This document shows positions 10,622 through 19,909 of a DNA stretch of 64,000 bases, in pieces. Each line of letters opens with the position of its first letter. The stretch's first letter is position 1. The position numbers and the translations under genes are program-made. The stretch is from sequence record SRR20825019_46; one strand, 5' to 3'. The notes under the pieces are model-generated. The model had not been told where the DNA came from. It worked only from the letters and a program-made list of their open reading frames with translations, and made no database searches.

Positions 10622-11371
10622 TTATAGTATTTGTATGTTCAAATTTTTGAATGCCTCTAATTTTGCGTCCCAAGGATCCAGTTCTGTAATCATTACATCA
10701 ACCTCCTCTACCCCACATATTTTATAACGCTGCAGGGAGCCTATTTTTTCTGAAATACATGGAGAAACCACTTTTCTGGAACTATGGATCATCGCCTTTT
10801 TCATTTGGACAATCTCCCAATCAAATTCTGTTAAACCTTCCGTAGGATGAATGGAGTTGGTCCCCAAAAAACAAATATCAACCTTTATTTCAGACAGCAT
10901 ATTAATGGCACTACCTCCAATTGTTATCTGGGAATCCTTAGATAAACGACCTCCAATAAAAATAACCTCTATGTTGCTTTTTCCCAATAACTGCACCGCA
11001 ATGGGCAGGCTTGGAGTAAAACAGGTCAGCTTCATTTTTGGCGGCAATTTTCTGGCCAATTCCAAATTGGTCGTACCCCCGCTCAACAAAATAACCTGTC
11101 CATCTTTAATCAAACTCAAGGCTTTCTCCGCAATCTGGGACTTTTTATCCAAAGAATAAATCTTCTTGCCGGTCGGATTATAATTATTAAACCCTAAGGA
11201 AACCGCCCCACCGTGAACCTTTTTCAACTGCTTGGCACTATGTAATTCTTTGATATCCCTACGTATGGTATCGACCGAGACATTAAGCTGATCAGCTACG
11301 TCGGTCAAAAGAATCCTATTATGGATTCCCACCTCGTTGAGTATAAACTGTTGCCTTTCTTCCTTTAACAT
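10622..11371 (-). CDS. DeoR/GlpR family transcriptional regulator
   Basis: MLKEERQQFIL...NVSVDTIRRDIKEL..KKVHGGA HTH plus sugar-phosphate sensor domain (SGGTT, DICFLG). Start moved to the ATG at 11371; the ORF track gives 11431. Confidence 0.92.
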   Translation of the reverse strand: MLKEERQQFILNEVGIHNRILLTDVADQLNVSVDTIRRDIKELHSAKQLKKVHGGAVSLGFNNYNPTGKKIYSLDKKSQIAEKALSLIKDGQVILLSGGTTNLELARKLPPKMKLTCFTPSLPIAVQLLGKSNIEVIFIGGRLSKDSQITIGGSAINMLSEIKVDICFLGTNSIHPTEGLTEFDWEIVQMKKAMIHSSRKVVSPCISEKIGSLQRYKICGVEEVDVMITELDPWDAKLEAFKNLNIQIL

Positions 11372-11410
11372 ATAGTGGGTTAAAGTTAAATAAATATTAA
11401 AGCTCCGAAC

Positions 11411-11500
11411 AAGAACAGCAAAATACAGCAAAAAATTGCAGAATTCAATGACTTATTATCAAAAATAGCAGTTAGTTGCATTATTTGCAGTTTTTTGCAT
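11411..11500. repeat. ~10-bp-phased (C/T)(A/T)GCA direct-repeat array, candidate DeoR operator
   Basis: GCA ends at 11420, 11430, 11440, 11470, 11480, 11489 and 11499, in A/T-rich spacers between the divergent deoR and nagB genes. Confidence 0.55.
11460..11467 (-). promoter_or_regulatory. -7 element for the deoR-murQ transcript
   Basis: CAAAAATA on + reads TATTTTTG on -. Confidence 0.5.
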
Positions 11501-11507
11501 ATATTTG
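11500..11507 (+). promoter_or_regulatory. -7 element for the nagB-susCD operon
   Basis: TATATTTG exact TAnnTTTG match; TTG at 11476-11478 lies 21 nt upstream (-33-like); ATG at 11552. Confidence 0.6.
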
Positions 11508-11551
11508 GAATTAACTTTTCAGCATTTTGCTAGAACATTATAAATTTTCTT

Positions 11552-13459
11552 ATGTACCAGCCTTATCAGGAAGAATTAAGATTTGAAAAAATCCACACTA
11601 TTATTCATGGGGATTCAGATGAAGCTTCGTTGTCAGTTGCCAACGAAATTGCAAGCTTAATCAAGCAAAAACAAGAACAGGGAACCAAAGCTGTTTTAGG
11701 TTTGGCAACAGGCTCCACGCCTGTAAAGGTTTATGATTACTTGGTCCAATTCCATAAAGAAGGAAGACTGAGCTTCAAAAATGTGATCACTTTTAACTTG
11801 GACGAGTACTTTCCAATGGAACCCGACTCCATCCACAGTTATGTACGATTTATGAACGAACACTTGTTCGATCATATTGACATAGAGCCACACAACATCC
11901 ATATTCCCGATGGAAACCTTTCCATGGAGGAAGTGAGAAAGTACTGTGAGGACTACGAAGAAAAAATCAAGAATGTTGGTGGCATCGATATTCAGGTGTT
12001 GGGTATCGGTAGAACCGGACACATTGGTTTTAACGAACCGGGTTCTACCTTGAGCAGCAAAACTCGTTTGATTCGTTTGGACAGGGTAACACGATTGGAT
12101 GCCGCAAGCGACTTTTTTGGCGAAGAGAACGTTCCCAAGAGAGCCATCACCATGGGGGTAGGAACTATTATGAATGCCCGCAAAATCATTTTGATGGCCT
12201 GGGGCGAAGGTAAGTCCAATATTATCCAGCAAGCAGTTGAAGGAGAAATCAAAGAATCCGTACCTGCAACATTCCTTCAGCATCATGAAAATTGTGATTT
12301 TGTTTTGGATGAAGCCGCCGCTTCTTCATTAACAAGAATCAAAACACCTTGGTTGGCAACGGAATGTGATTGGAATGAAAAGCTCATCAAGACCGCCACT
12401 ATTTGGTTATCAGAAAAACTGAACAAAGCAATCCTTAAATTGACCAACGAGGATTACAATGAATACGGCATGGGTAATTTAATTGCTGAAATAGGCTCGG
12501 CCGAACAAATCAACCTTCAGGTTTTCAATCAATTACAACACACAATAACAGGTTGGCCAGGAGGTAAACCCAATGCAGACGATAGTCAAAGACCCGAAAG
12601 AGCTCAGCCTCACCCGAAAACCTCGTTGATTTTTAGTCCTCACCCCGATGATGACGTCATTTCCATGGGAGGAACTTTACTAAGGTTGGTAGACCAAGGA
12701 CACGATGTACACGTGGCTTATCAAACCTCGGGGAACATTGCCGTGTTTGATGACGAAGTAATCCGCTTCTTGGATTTTGCCACGGACATCCAAAAAGAAA
12801 ACAAAGAACTTAGAAAGAAATTTAAAGAAGTTCGCGAATTTTTGGCCAATAAAAAGCCTGGGGAGCTTGACAGTCCAGAAGTACAGCAATTCAAGGGACT
12901 CATTAGAAAAGGAGAAGCATTGGCCGCTTGTAGGTACTGTGGCGTACCAGAAGATAACGCGCACTTTCAAAATCTTCCTTTCTACGAAACGGGTGCGGTT
13001 AGAAAAAAACCTCTTTCGGATGAAGATGTTCAAATAACCTATGACCTCTTGAACAAGCTTAAACCGCATCAAATTTTTGCCGCAGGAGATTTATCCGACC
13101 CGCATGGAACGCACAGAGTATGTCTTCAAATCATATTCAAAGCGCTGGAAAGATTAAAAGAAGATAGAGTGGAGTGGATCAGGAACTGCTACGTATGGTT
13201 GTACCGCGGAGCTTGGCAGGAATGGGACATCGCCGATATGGAAATGGCCGTGCCGATAGGGCCAAAGGATATGTCCAGAAAAATCAACGCTATTTTTAAG
13301 CACCAGTCACAAAAAGACAGTGCCATGTTCCCTGGAAACGATGAAAGGGAGTTCTGGCAACGTGCAGAACAAAGAAATAAAGAAACAGCCAACCGATATA
13401 ACTCGCTCGGTATGGCAGAGTATGAAGCCATGGAAGGCTTTGTGCGCTATCATTTTTAA
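11552..13459 (+). CDS. nagB: Glucosamine-6-phosphate deaminase fused to a PIG-L/LmbE-like deacetylase domain
   Basis: N-terminal LGLATGSTP, TFNLDEY, LGIGRTGHIGFNEPG, AITMGVGTI; C-terminal SPHPDDDVISMGG, DPHGTH, HQSQ. Confidence 0.93.
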   Translation: MYQPYQEELRFEKIHTIIHGDSDEASLSVANEIASLIKQKQEQGTKAVLGLATGSTPVKVYDYLVQFHKEGRLSFKNVITFNLDEYFPMEPDSIHSYVRFMNEHLFDHIDIEPHNIHIPDGNLSMEEVRKYCEDYEEKIKNVGGIDIQVLGIGRTGHIGFNEPGSTLSSKTRLIRLDRVTRLDAASDFFGEENVPKRAITMGVGTIMNARKIILMAWGEGKSNIIQQAVEGEIKESVPATFLQHHENCDFVLDEAAASSLTRIKTPWLATECDWNEKLIKTATIWLSEKLNKAILKLTNEDYNEYGMGNLIAEIGSAEQINLQVFNQLQHTITGWPGGKPNADDSQRPERAQPHPKTSLIFSPHPDDDVISMGGTLLRLVDQGHDVHVAYQTSGNIAVFDDEVIRFLDFATDIQKENKELRKKFKEVREFLANKKPGELDSPEVQQFKGLIRKGEALAACRYCGVPEDNAHFQNLPFYETGAVRKKPLSDEDVQITYDLLNKLKPHQIFAAGDLSDPHGTHRVCLQIIFKALERLKEDRVEWIRNCYVWLYRGAWQEWDIADMEMAVPIGPKDMSRKINAIFKHQSQKDSAMFPGNDEREFWQRAEQRNKETANRYNSLGMAEYEAMEGFVRYHF

Positions 13460-13515
13460 ACTCGCAAAATCTACTCTTTTCAAACTAAACTCAATTAAAT
13501 TAAACTACTCATTTT

Positions 13516-16488
13516 ATGCGAAAACTTCATGATTATCTTGGATTGAGGTTCCGATTGGTTTTGTTCGCGCTTATGGTTTCTACGCTTTCCGCGTTTGGCC
13601 AGAGCCAATATACCTTTACGGGAACCATTACTGAAACCGGCACAAATCTGCCACTGGCAGGCGCATCGGTTTTTGTTGAAAACACATCTTTCGGTACAGT
13701 AACCGATTTTGATGGTAACTACAGCTTTACAGCTACTTTGGACTCCGGTTCGTACAACTTAGTATTCAGTTCGCTAGGTTTTACCACTCAGAAGGTATCC
13801 GTTAATGCTGGCGGAAGCACCACAATAACCAATGACATAGCACTTGCAGAAGACCTTTTGAGTCTTGATGAAGTAGTCGTTACAGGTACGGGATCCGGAG
13901 CCAACAAAAGGGCATTGGGTAACGCTATTTCCTCGGTCAAGGCCGAAGAGCTTACCGACAATGGTGCCACGCAAATTGACCAAGCCATTGCCGGTAAAAT
14001 CACGGGTGCCTTGGTTCAACAGAACTCGGGTGACCCTGCCGGTGGTATCAGTATCCGTTTAAGGGGTCCGAGTACCATAGCAGGTAACTCCGACCCACTT
14101 TATATTGTGGATGGAATCATTATCAGTAATAGCAGTAACGAACTTGTAGACCTTGGGGGTAATGCCCAAAACCGTTTGGCGGACATCAACCCCAACGACA
14201 TCGAGAAAATTGAGGTGATAAAAGGTGCTGCTGCTGCTGCAATATATGGTTCCCGGGCAAGTAATGGTGTGGTACAGATCTTTACAAAACAAGGTAGAAG
14301 CGGCGAACCAAAATTCTCCTTTATGACCAATGTTAGGGTAAACGAACTAAGAAAAGAGATTGATTACAATACCGTACCATTGGCGTGGGAGGTTCCCGGT
14401 GACAGAACCAACTTAGCTACTTACGAAGTAGAACGCTACAACCTTCAAGATTCTTTCTTTGATACAGGTTTCGGAATAGAAAACTACTTATCTATGACAG
14501 GTGGTTCAGAAAAAACATCTTATTACCTGTCCGCTTCTCACTTGGACAATGAAGGTATTGTCGAAAACACCAACTTTAAGAGATATGGTTTCAAAGCCAA
14601 CTTGACTCAAAAAGCATTTGATTGGCTAGATATTACAGGTGGTTTCAACTTTATAAGAAGTGTAAGCAAAGATGTGCCAAATGGTGGTATCAACAATGCA
14701 TATGGCGCGATTACAGGCTTTGTTTTCAGCGATAACTCAATAAATCCCTCACCAGATGAATCCGGAGTTTATCCTATAACTTCTCCTGCAGTTCCAAGAA
14801 CAAATCCTGCCGAGGCCGTGGCCCGATTTGATTTTGGCCAAAAAACCAATCGTTTTATCACAAGTATTGCTTTGGATGCCAACTTTAATGAGCATTTGAG
14901 TGCGAAATATACTTTGGGTATGGATTACTACAATCAGTCTGCGACAGCTTATATCCCAATTGGAAACACATCCCCAAACCCTGATGGATATGCAAGAAGG
15001 GCTGATTTGAACAATTTTCAATACAACTCTGACCTTAATGTGACATACGACACGGATTTAACGGATGCCATTACATCAACTTCTACGTTAGGCGGGTCAT
15101 GGCAGTATGAAGAGCGTGATCGTGTAGGAATTAATGCCACTGGTCTTCCACCCGTTGTTCAGACTGCCACAGGAGGTAGTATATTGGAACAAGGCGAAAC
15201 AAGGTCTCAAATTTCTTACTGGGGTGCTTTTTTACAGCAATCCTTCTCTTTTAACGATAAAATCTACGTGAATGGCGCCGTACGTATGGACGGAGCATCA
15301 ACCTTTGGTGAGGACGAGCGCAACCAGCTGTATTTTAAAGCCAGTGGATCCTATGTAATTTCCGATGAAGATTTTTGGCAGGAATCACTAGGTGGTACGT
15401 TCAACCTATTAAAACTTAGGGCATCTTGGGGTCAAGCTGGTAACTTGACCGCATTGGGAGCCTTTGACAGGTTCTCTATCTACAATCCATCTGCTTTAAC
15501 AGGTTCGGTAAGTTTGATTCCTTCCACGGCCCAGGGTAACGAAGATTTGAAACCAGAAAGACAAGATGAAATTGAACTAGGTTTTGATGCAGGATTGTTC
15601 GACAATAGATTAGGTATCGAATTCTCTTATTATAAACAAAAAGTAACCGATCTTCTTTTGCCAAGGGTATTGGCGCCATCCAGTGGATTTGGCTCCAGAT
15701 TTGAAAATGTTGGCAACTTGGAAAATACAGGTGTTGAGGTTCTTTTAAGAGGTGCCCCGATAAGAACACCCGATTTTAGTTGGAATGTTACAGCAACATT
15801 TTCTACCAACAAAAACGAGGTGACCAGTGTAGCTGGAGGGGGTCGATTAACCTTGGCCGGAAGTTTTTCCACCAACTATGTTATAGAAGGTGAACCACTT
15901 GGTGTATTCTATCGTCAATTCTACGCAAGAAACGAGGATGGATCTATTGCATTGGACGAAGATGGCTATCCTTACAGAGGTACAACGGAAGATGGAGAGT
16001 CCTCTAAGGTAATCGGAGACCCAAACCCAGATTGGTTCGGCTCCTTGATCAATGAGTTCACCTACAAGGATTTTGGACTTAGAGTACAGTTCGATGCCGT
16101 ACAAGGTTACGATGTTTTCAACTGGAACAGAAGATTATTGGACAACGTAGTGTTCGGAGGTGGATACAATGTTGGACAAGAGTTATTGGGCAACCGTCCT
16201 AAAGGTTACGGAAGTGCACAAGCAAACATTTTTGAAGAATTCGTGGAAGATGGATCCTTTGTAAAACTACGAGAGGTAGCATTGAGCTACAATCTTAAAC
16301 CGAGCTGGGAATATATCGACAACATCAAGTTTAGTTTGGTCGGTAGAAACCTATTCTCTTGGGACGATTACTCAGGATGGGATCCAGAAGTTAGTGCTGC
16401 GGGACAAAGCAACGGTGTACGTGGATTCGATTTCGCAACCGTTCCAATTCCAAGAACATATCAGTTAGGCGTTAACGTAAGCTTCTAA
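13516..16488 (+). CDS. susC: SusC/RagA TonB-dependent outer-membrane transporter
   Basis: Signal peptide, GTVTDFDGNY N-terminal domain, LDEVVVTG, PLYIVDG, INPNDIEKIEVIKGAAAAAIYGSRASNGVV plug, C-terminal PRTYQLGVNVSF. Confidence 0.95.
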   Translation: MRKLHDYLGLRFRLVLFALMVSTLSAFGQSQYTFTGTITETGTNLPLAGASVFVENTSFGTVTDFDGNYSFTATLDSGSYNLVFSSLGFTTQKVSVNAGGSTTITNDIALAEDLLSLDEVVVTGTGSGANKRALGNAISSVKAEELTDNGATQIDQAIAGKITGALVQQNSGDPAGGISIRLRGPSTIAGNSDPLYIVDGIIISNSSNELVDLGGNAQNRLADINPNDIEKIEVIKGAAAAAIYGSRASNGVVQIFTKQGRSGEPKFSFMTNVRVNELRKEIDYNTVPLAWEVPGDRTNLATYEVERYNLQDSFFDTGFGIENYLSMTGGSEKTSYYLSASHLDNEGIVENTNFKRYGFKANLTQKAFDWLDITGGFNFIRSVSKDVPNGGINNAYGAITGFVFSDNSINPSPDESGVYPITSPAVPRTNPAEAVARFDFGQKTNRFITSIALDANFNEHLSAKYTLGMDYYNQSATAYIPIGNTSPNPDGYARRADLNNFQYNSDLNVTYDTDLTDAITSTSTLGGSWQYEERDRVGINATGLPPVVQTATGGSILEQGETRSQISYWGAFLQQSFSFNDKIYVNGAVRMDGASTFGEDERNQLYFKASGSYVISDEDFWQESLGGTFNLLKLRASWGQAGNLTALGAFDRFSIYNPSALTGSVSLIPSTAQGNEDLKPERQDEIELGFDAGLFDNRLGIEFSYYKQKVTDLLLPRVLAPSSGFGSRFENVGNLENTGVEVLLRGAPIRTPDFSWNVTATFSTNKNEVTSVAGGGRLTLAGSFSTNYVIEGEPLGVFYRQFYARNEDGSIALDEDGYPYRGTTEDGESSKVIGDPNPDWFGSLINEFTYKDFGLRVQFDAVQGYDVFNWNRRLLDNVVFGGGYNVGQELLGNRPKGYGSAQANIFEEFVEDGSFVKLREVALSYNLKPSWEYIDNIKFSLVGRNLFSWDDYSGWDPEVSAAGQSNGVRGFDFATVPIPRTYQLGVNVSF

Positions 16489-16505
16489 TCTTAAAAAAAT
16501 TGACA

Positions 16506-17846
16506 ATGAAATTTTACAGATATAACACATATAAGCTGATGTTTCTGCTAACAACCGTATTAGCATTTACATCTTGCGAAACCGATTTTGATAATCCAAA
16601 TGCCGCAACCAGCGATCAGGTTTTCTCTTCGAGAGAAGGTATCTTGGCTGCAACCACTGGAATGCAGGAACTGTATTCCACAACAGGTTTGCGATACATT
16701 ATAGAAACACCTGCGATAACAACAAGAGAAGCCGGTATTACCACCACTTTTCAAAACATGATCGATCTAGAGGATGGAGGGGATATTCCAAATACAAACT
16801 CAAATGTAATTGGACTCTGGACCACCATGCTCAGAGTAATAGGTATTGCCGAGGATATTTCAGCAAATGCCGCAACCATAGACATTGATCCAGGAACTCA
16901 AAGTGGATTGATTGCCTATGCAAACCTATACCATGCAATGAGTATTGGCGCCATGGCTCAAAGTTATGAGCAAGTTATTGTGGCAACATCAGAAGACAAC
17001 CCTCCTTTTGTTTCACGTATCGAAGGTTTTAACACTGCCATTACTTTGTTGAACGAGGCTAAAAATACGTTGGCCGCCAATCCAGTTTCTTCAGAATTTG
17101 AAGAAGAGATATTGAGAGGACAAATCGACTTGGAAAACACTTTGGATGCTATGTTGGCAAGGTTTAACCTGTACGCTGGCAATTATGATGCTGCCATTGC
17201 TGCGGCAGCAGAAGTAGACCAATCATCAACTTCTGTGTTCAGCTACGATTCACAAAATCTAAATCCTATTTGGGCAAGGGTATATCAAAATGGAACTCCA
17301 AACTTTAAACCAAGAGATAATTTTGGATTACCAGATTCATTTGATATCGACGAAAATGATGGTAGGACCGAGTTCTACTTAATTCCATTGGACACATTAA
17401 ATCTTAACCAACTTCCTATCGAGGATCTAGCCGGTTTTTTTGATGAAGAGAATGGATCAGAGTCAATTCCATTATATCTACCAGATGAAATGAACTTGAT
17501 CATTGCCGAGGCCAACCTCAGGAAAGCTTCCCCAGATACTGGCGCGGCCATTACAGCCTTAAACTTAGTGTTGACCGACACAGATGATGTGTTCGGAGTA
17601 AACGCCAATTTACCTGAATATGTAGGAGACACTTCAGTAAACGCATTGTTGAACGAAGTTTATAAAAATAGGAGAATAGAATTGTTCTTGACAGGTGCAA
17701 GCTTGGAGGATAGTAGAAGATTTGGAAGGCCGGAACCAACTCCATCTGTCCAAAATTTTGAGGAAGAACGAAACAGAAACTTCTATCCTTATCCTAACAC
17801 TGAAAGAGATAACAATACAAACACACCGGCTGACCCAGCCATCTAA
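16506..17846 (+). CDS. susD: SusD/RagB family nutrient-binding lipoprotein
   Basis: Directly after susC; lipobox FTSC; EMNLIIAEA and RRIELFLTGASLEDSRRFG resemble the SusD C-terminal motif; PYPNTE. Confidence 0.88.
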   Translation: MKFYRYNTYKLMFLLTTVLAFTSCETDFDNPNAATSDQVFSSREGILAATTGMQELYSTTGLRYIIETPAITTREAGITTTFQNMIDLEDGGDIPNTNSNVIGLWTTMLRVIGIAEDISANAATIDIDPGTQSGLIAYANLYHAMSIGAMAQSYEQVIVATSEDNPPFVSRIEGFNTAITLLNEAKNTLAANPVSSEFEEEILRGQIDLENTLDAMLARFNLYAGNYDAAIAAAAEVDQSSTSVFSYDSQNLNPIWARVYQNGTPNFKPRDNFGLPDSFDIDENDGRTEFYLIPLDTLNLNQLPIEDLAGFFDEENGSESIPLYLPDEMNLIIAEANLRKASPDTGAAITALNLVLTDTDDVFGVNANLPEYVGDTSVNALLNEVYKNRRIELFLTGASLEDSRRFGRPEPTPSVQNFEEERNRNFYPYPNTERDNNTNTPADPAI

Positions 17847-17888
17847 AAGGTTAATGTTTTTAAGTTGTTAGTTGTTTAATTAATCTTT

Positions 17889-17926
17889 AAAAGGCCTACA
17901 TTTAGTGCATACGTAGGCCTTTTTTT
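17889..17926 (+). terminator. Intrinsic terminator-like hairpin after susD
   Basis: AAAAGGCCTAC / GTAGGCCTTTT stem followed by a T-run. Confidence 0.7.
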
Positions 17927-17935
17927 ATCATATAT

Positions 17936-19420
17936 ATGCGTCGATTTGTTTACATTCTCCCCCTTATTTTTTTGTTTTCCTGCGCTACCGTAAAAGCGCC
18001 AAAAAAAGAGTTTAGGGGCGTGTGGATAGCTACAGTGGCCAATATTGACTGGCCCAAACATCCCAATGACGATGTTTCCAAGAAAAAAAGGGATTTCATC
18101 GAAATCCTTGACTTCTATCAAAATATGAATTTTAACGCGGCCATCGTACAGGTACGCACAGCGGGAGACGCCCTCTACCCTACCGATTTGGCACCTTGGT
18201 CAAGATACTTGTCAGGAGAGGAAGGAACTGCTCCACAGGGATTCGACGAACCATTGAAATGGATGATAGAAGAAACGCACAAGCGCGGCATGGAGTTCCA
18301 CGCTTGGCTCAATCCGTACAGGGCCACGGTTAGCCCGGACACTTCTTTACTTTCCCAAAAGCACGATTATTACCAACACCCCGATTGGATCATACAATAC
18401 GGGAAAAAGAATTATTACAATCCTGGGATACCAGCAGTCAGGGAAAAATTCAATAAAATTATTGAGGAACTGGTAACGCTTTACGAAGTGGACGCCATCC
18501 ATTTTGATGATTATTTCTATCCCTACAAAGTAGAAGGTGAAATTTTTGATGATGCAGCAACCTATTCCAAATACGGTTTGCCCGATCAAACATTGGAAGA
18601 TTGGCGCCGTAGCAATGTGGATTCCCTGGTACAGGATGTCCATAAAACCATAAAAAAGCACAAGCCGTGGGTTCAATTTGGAATCAGTCCTTTTGGAGTC
18701 TGGAAAAACAAAAGCACCGACGCTATGGGTTCCGATACCAAAGCGGGACAAACCACCTACGAAGATCTATTTGCCGACCCCGTACTTTGGGTCCAAGAAG
18801 GCTGGCTGGATTATTTGGCCCCACAAGTTTATTGGAGCATGGACTATCCGGTGGCATCCCATAAGATCATAACATCTTGGTGGGACCAGCACACACCCAA
18901 CACCAATCTATACATCGGAAATGGCACCTACAAAATAAAGAACAACGCCGACAAGGCTTGGGACAAAAATAATGAGATTCCAAAACAGTTGAACTTTGCC
19001 CGGGAATTGGACCACATTGATGGAAATATTTTCTTTAGTGCCAAATCATTGATAGGTCAGCATGAAAAAGTAAATGAGAAGCTTCAAAAGAAGTATTATC
19101 GTTTGCCTGCCGAAAACCCAGGACCACTCAACAAAGTTGTTCGAGAAGTTCAATTACCGGCCATCAAATCCGTTCAGTTGAACGAACAAATTTTGACTAT
19201 CTGCATCAACCATACAGATGAAATCCCGCGATTTCTAAATCTTTATACATCTAAAAAAGAAAAACACCAACTCGTTGGAAAACAATATCTTTCGGAGAGT
19301 GATATGGAAGGATGCTATCAATTTCAACTGACCAAAAAGCAGTTACGAAACGATATACAAATCAATGTTAGCGATGTTTATGGCAACAAAAGTGCTATGC
19401 TACCATTAAACGTAAATTAG
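17936..19420 (+). CDS. GHL10/DUF187 glycosyl hydrolase lipoprotein (YddW/DigH-like)
   Basis: Lipobox LFSC; EFRGVWIATVANIDWP, GMEFHAWLNPYR, DAIHFDDYFYP, FGISPFGVW, DYLAPQVYW motifs. Confidence 0.88.
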   Translation: MRRFVYILPLIFLFSCATVKAPKKEFRGVWIATVANIDWPKHPNDDVSKKKRDFIEILDFYQNMNFNAAIVQVRTAGDALYPTDLAPWSRYLSGEEGTAPQGFDEPLKWMIEETHKRGMEFHAWLNPYRATVSPDTSLLSQKHDYYQHPDWIIQYGKKNYYNPGIPAVREKFNKIIEELVTLYEVDAIHFDDYFYPYKVEGEIFDDAATYSKYGLPDQTLEDWRRSNVDSLVQDVHKTIKKHKPWVQFGISPFGVWKNKSTDAMGSDTKAGQTTYEDLFADPVLWVQEGWLDYLAPQVYWSMDYPVASHKIITSWWDQHTPNTNLYIGNGTYKIKNNADKAWDKNNEIPKQLNFARELDHIDGNIFFSAKSLIGQHEKVNEKLQKKYYRLPAENPGPLNKVVREVQLPAIKSVQLNEQILTICINHTDEIPRFLNLYTSKKEKHQLVGKQYLSESDMEGCYQFQLTKKQLRNDIQINVSDVYGNKSAMLPLNVN

Positions 19421-19426
19421 ACCCTT

Positions 19427-19909
19427 ATGCAGGATATGCTTGTGCGACTTTTGGACCTACCGGATATTTCAGAAGAGGAAAAAAATCTTTTCGAGATGGA
19501 AGGCATTGTCTTTAAAAGACCTATTACACCAGAAAGGAGTATTGTGGTGGACTGGGTCGGTAAGCATTTCAGCAAAAATTGGGCAGATGAGGCTGAAGCT
19601 GCATTTTCATCACTCCCCGTAAACTGCTATATCGCCCAGCGAGAACATGAGATTCTTGGTTTTGCCTGTTTTGAAAGTACCGCAAAAAACTTTTTTGGCC
19701 CCACGGGGGTTCTCAACAAGGAAAGAGGAAAAAATATAGGTAAAGTCCTTTTGGTAAAATCATTGATGGCACTAAAAGAAATGGGATATACCTATGCCAT
19801 TATCGGAGGTGTTGGACCCGTTTCCTACTACGAACAAACAGTAGATGCAAAAATCATCGATAAATCGGAAAAAAGCATTTATCAAAACCTTTTAAAACAA
19901 CCCAAATGA
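19427..19909 (+). CDS. GNAT family N-acetyltransferase
   Basis: FFGPTGV..ERGKNIGKVLL acetyl-CoA-binding loop; GYTYAIIG..GPVSYY. Confidence 0.85.
   Translation: MQDMLVRLLDLPDISEEEKNLFEMEGIVFKRPITPERSIVVDWVGKHFSKNWADEAEAAFSSLPVNCYIAQREHEILGFACFESTAKNFFGPTGVLNKERGKNIGKVLLVKSLMALKEMGYTYAIIGGVGPVSYYEQTVDAKIIDKSEKSIYQNLLKQPK

Noticed and set aside
11372-11431. 20-aa N-terminal extension of DeoR in the ORF track
   Set aside because: It starts at TTG inside the repeat/operator region; DeoR proteins begin at the ML..ER motif (ATG 11371).
11411-11500. Repeat array as a CRISPR or VNTR
   Set aside because: Units share only 3-7 nt, with no spacers of CRISPR length and no cas genes.
11696-12286. 196-aa antisense ORF in nagB (similarly 21685-22236, 44958-45548, 52336-52908, 54656-55243, 61951-62478)
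   Set aside because: Fully nested opposite well-supported genes; no domain signal.
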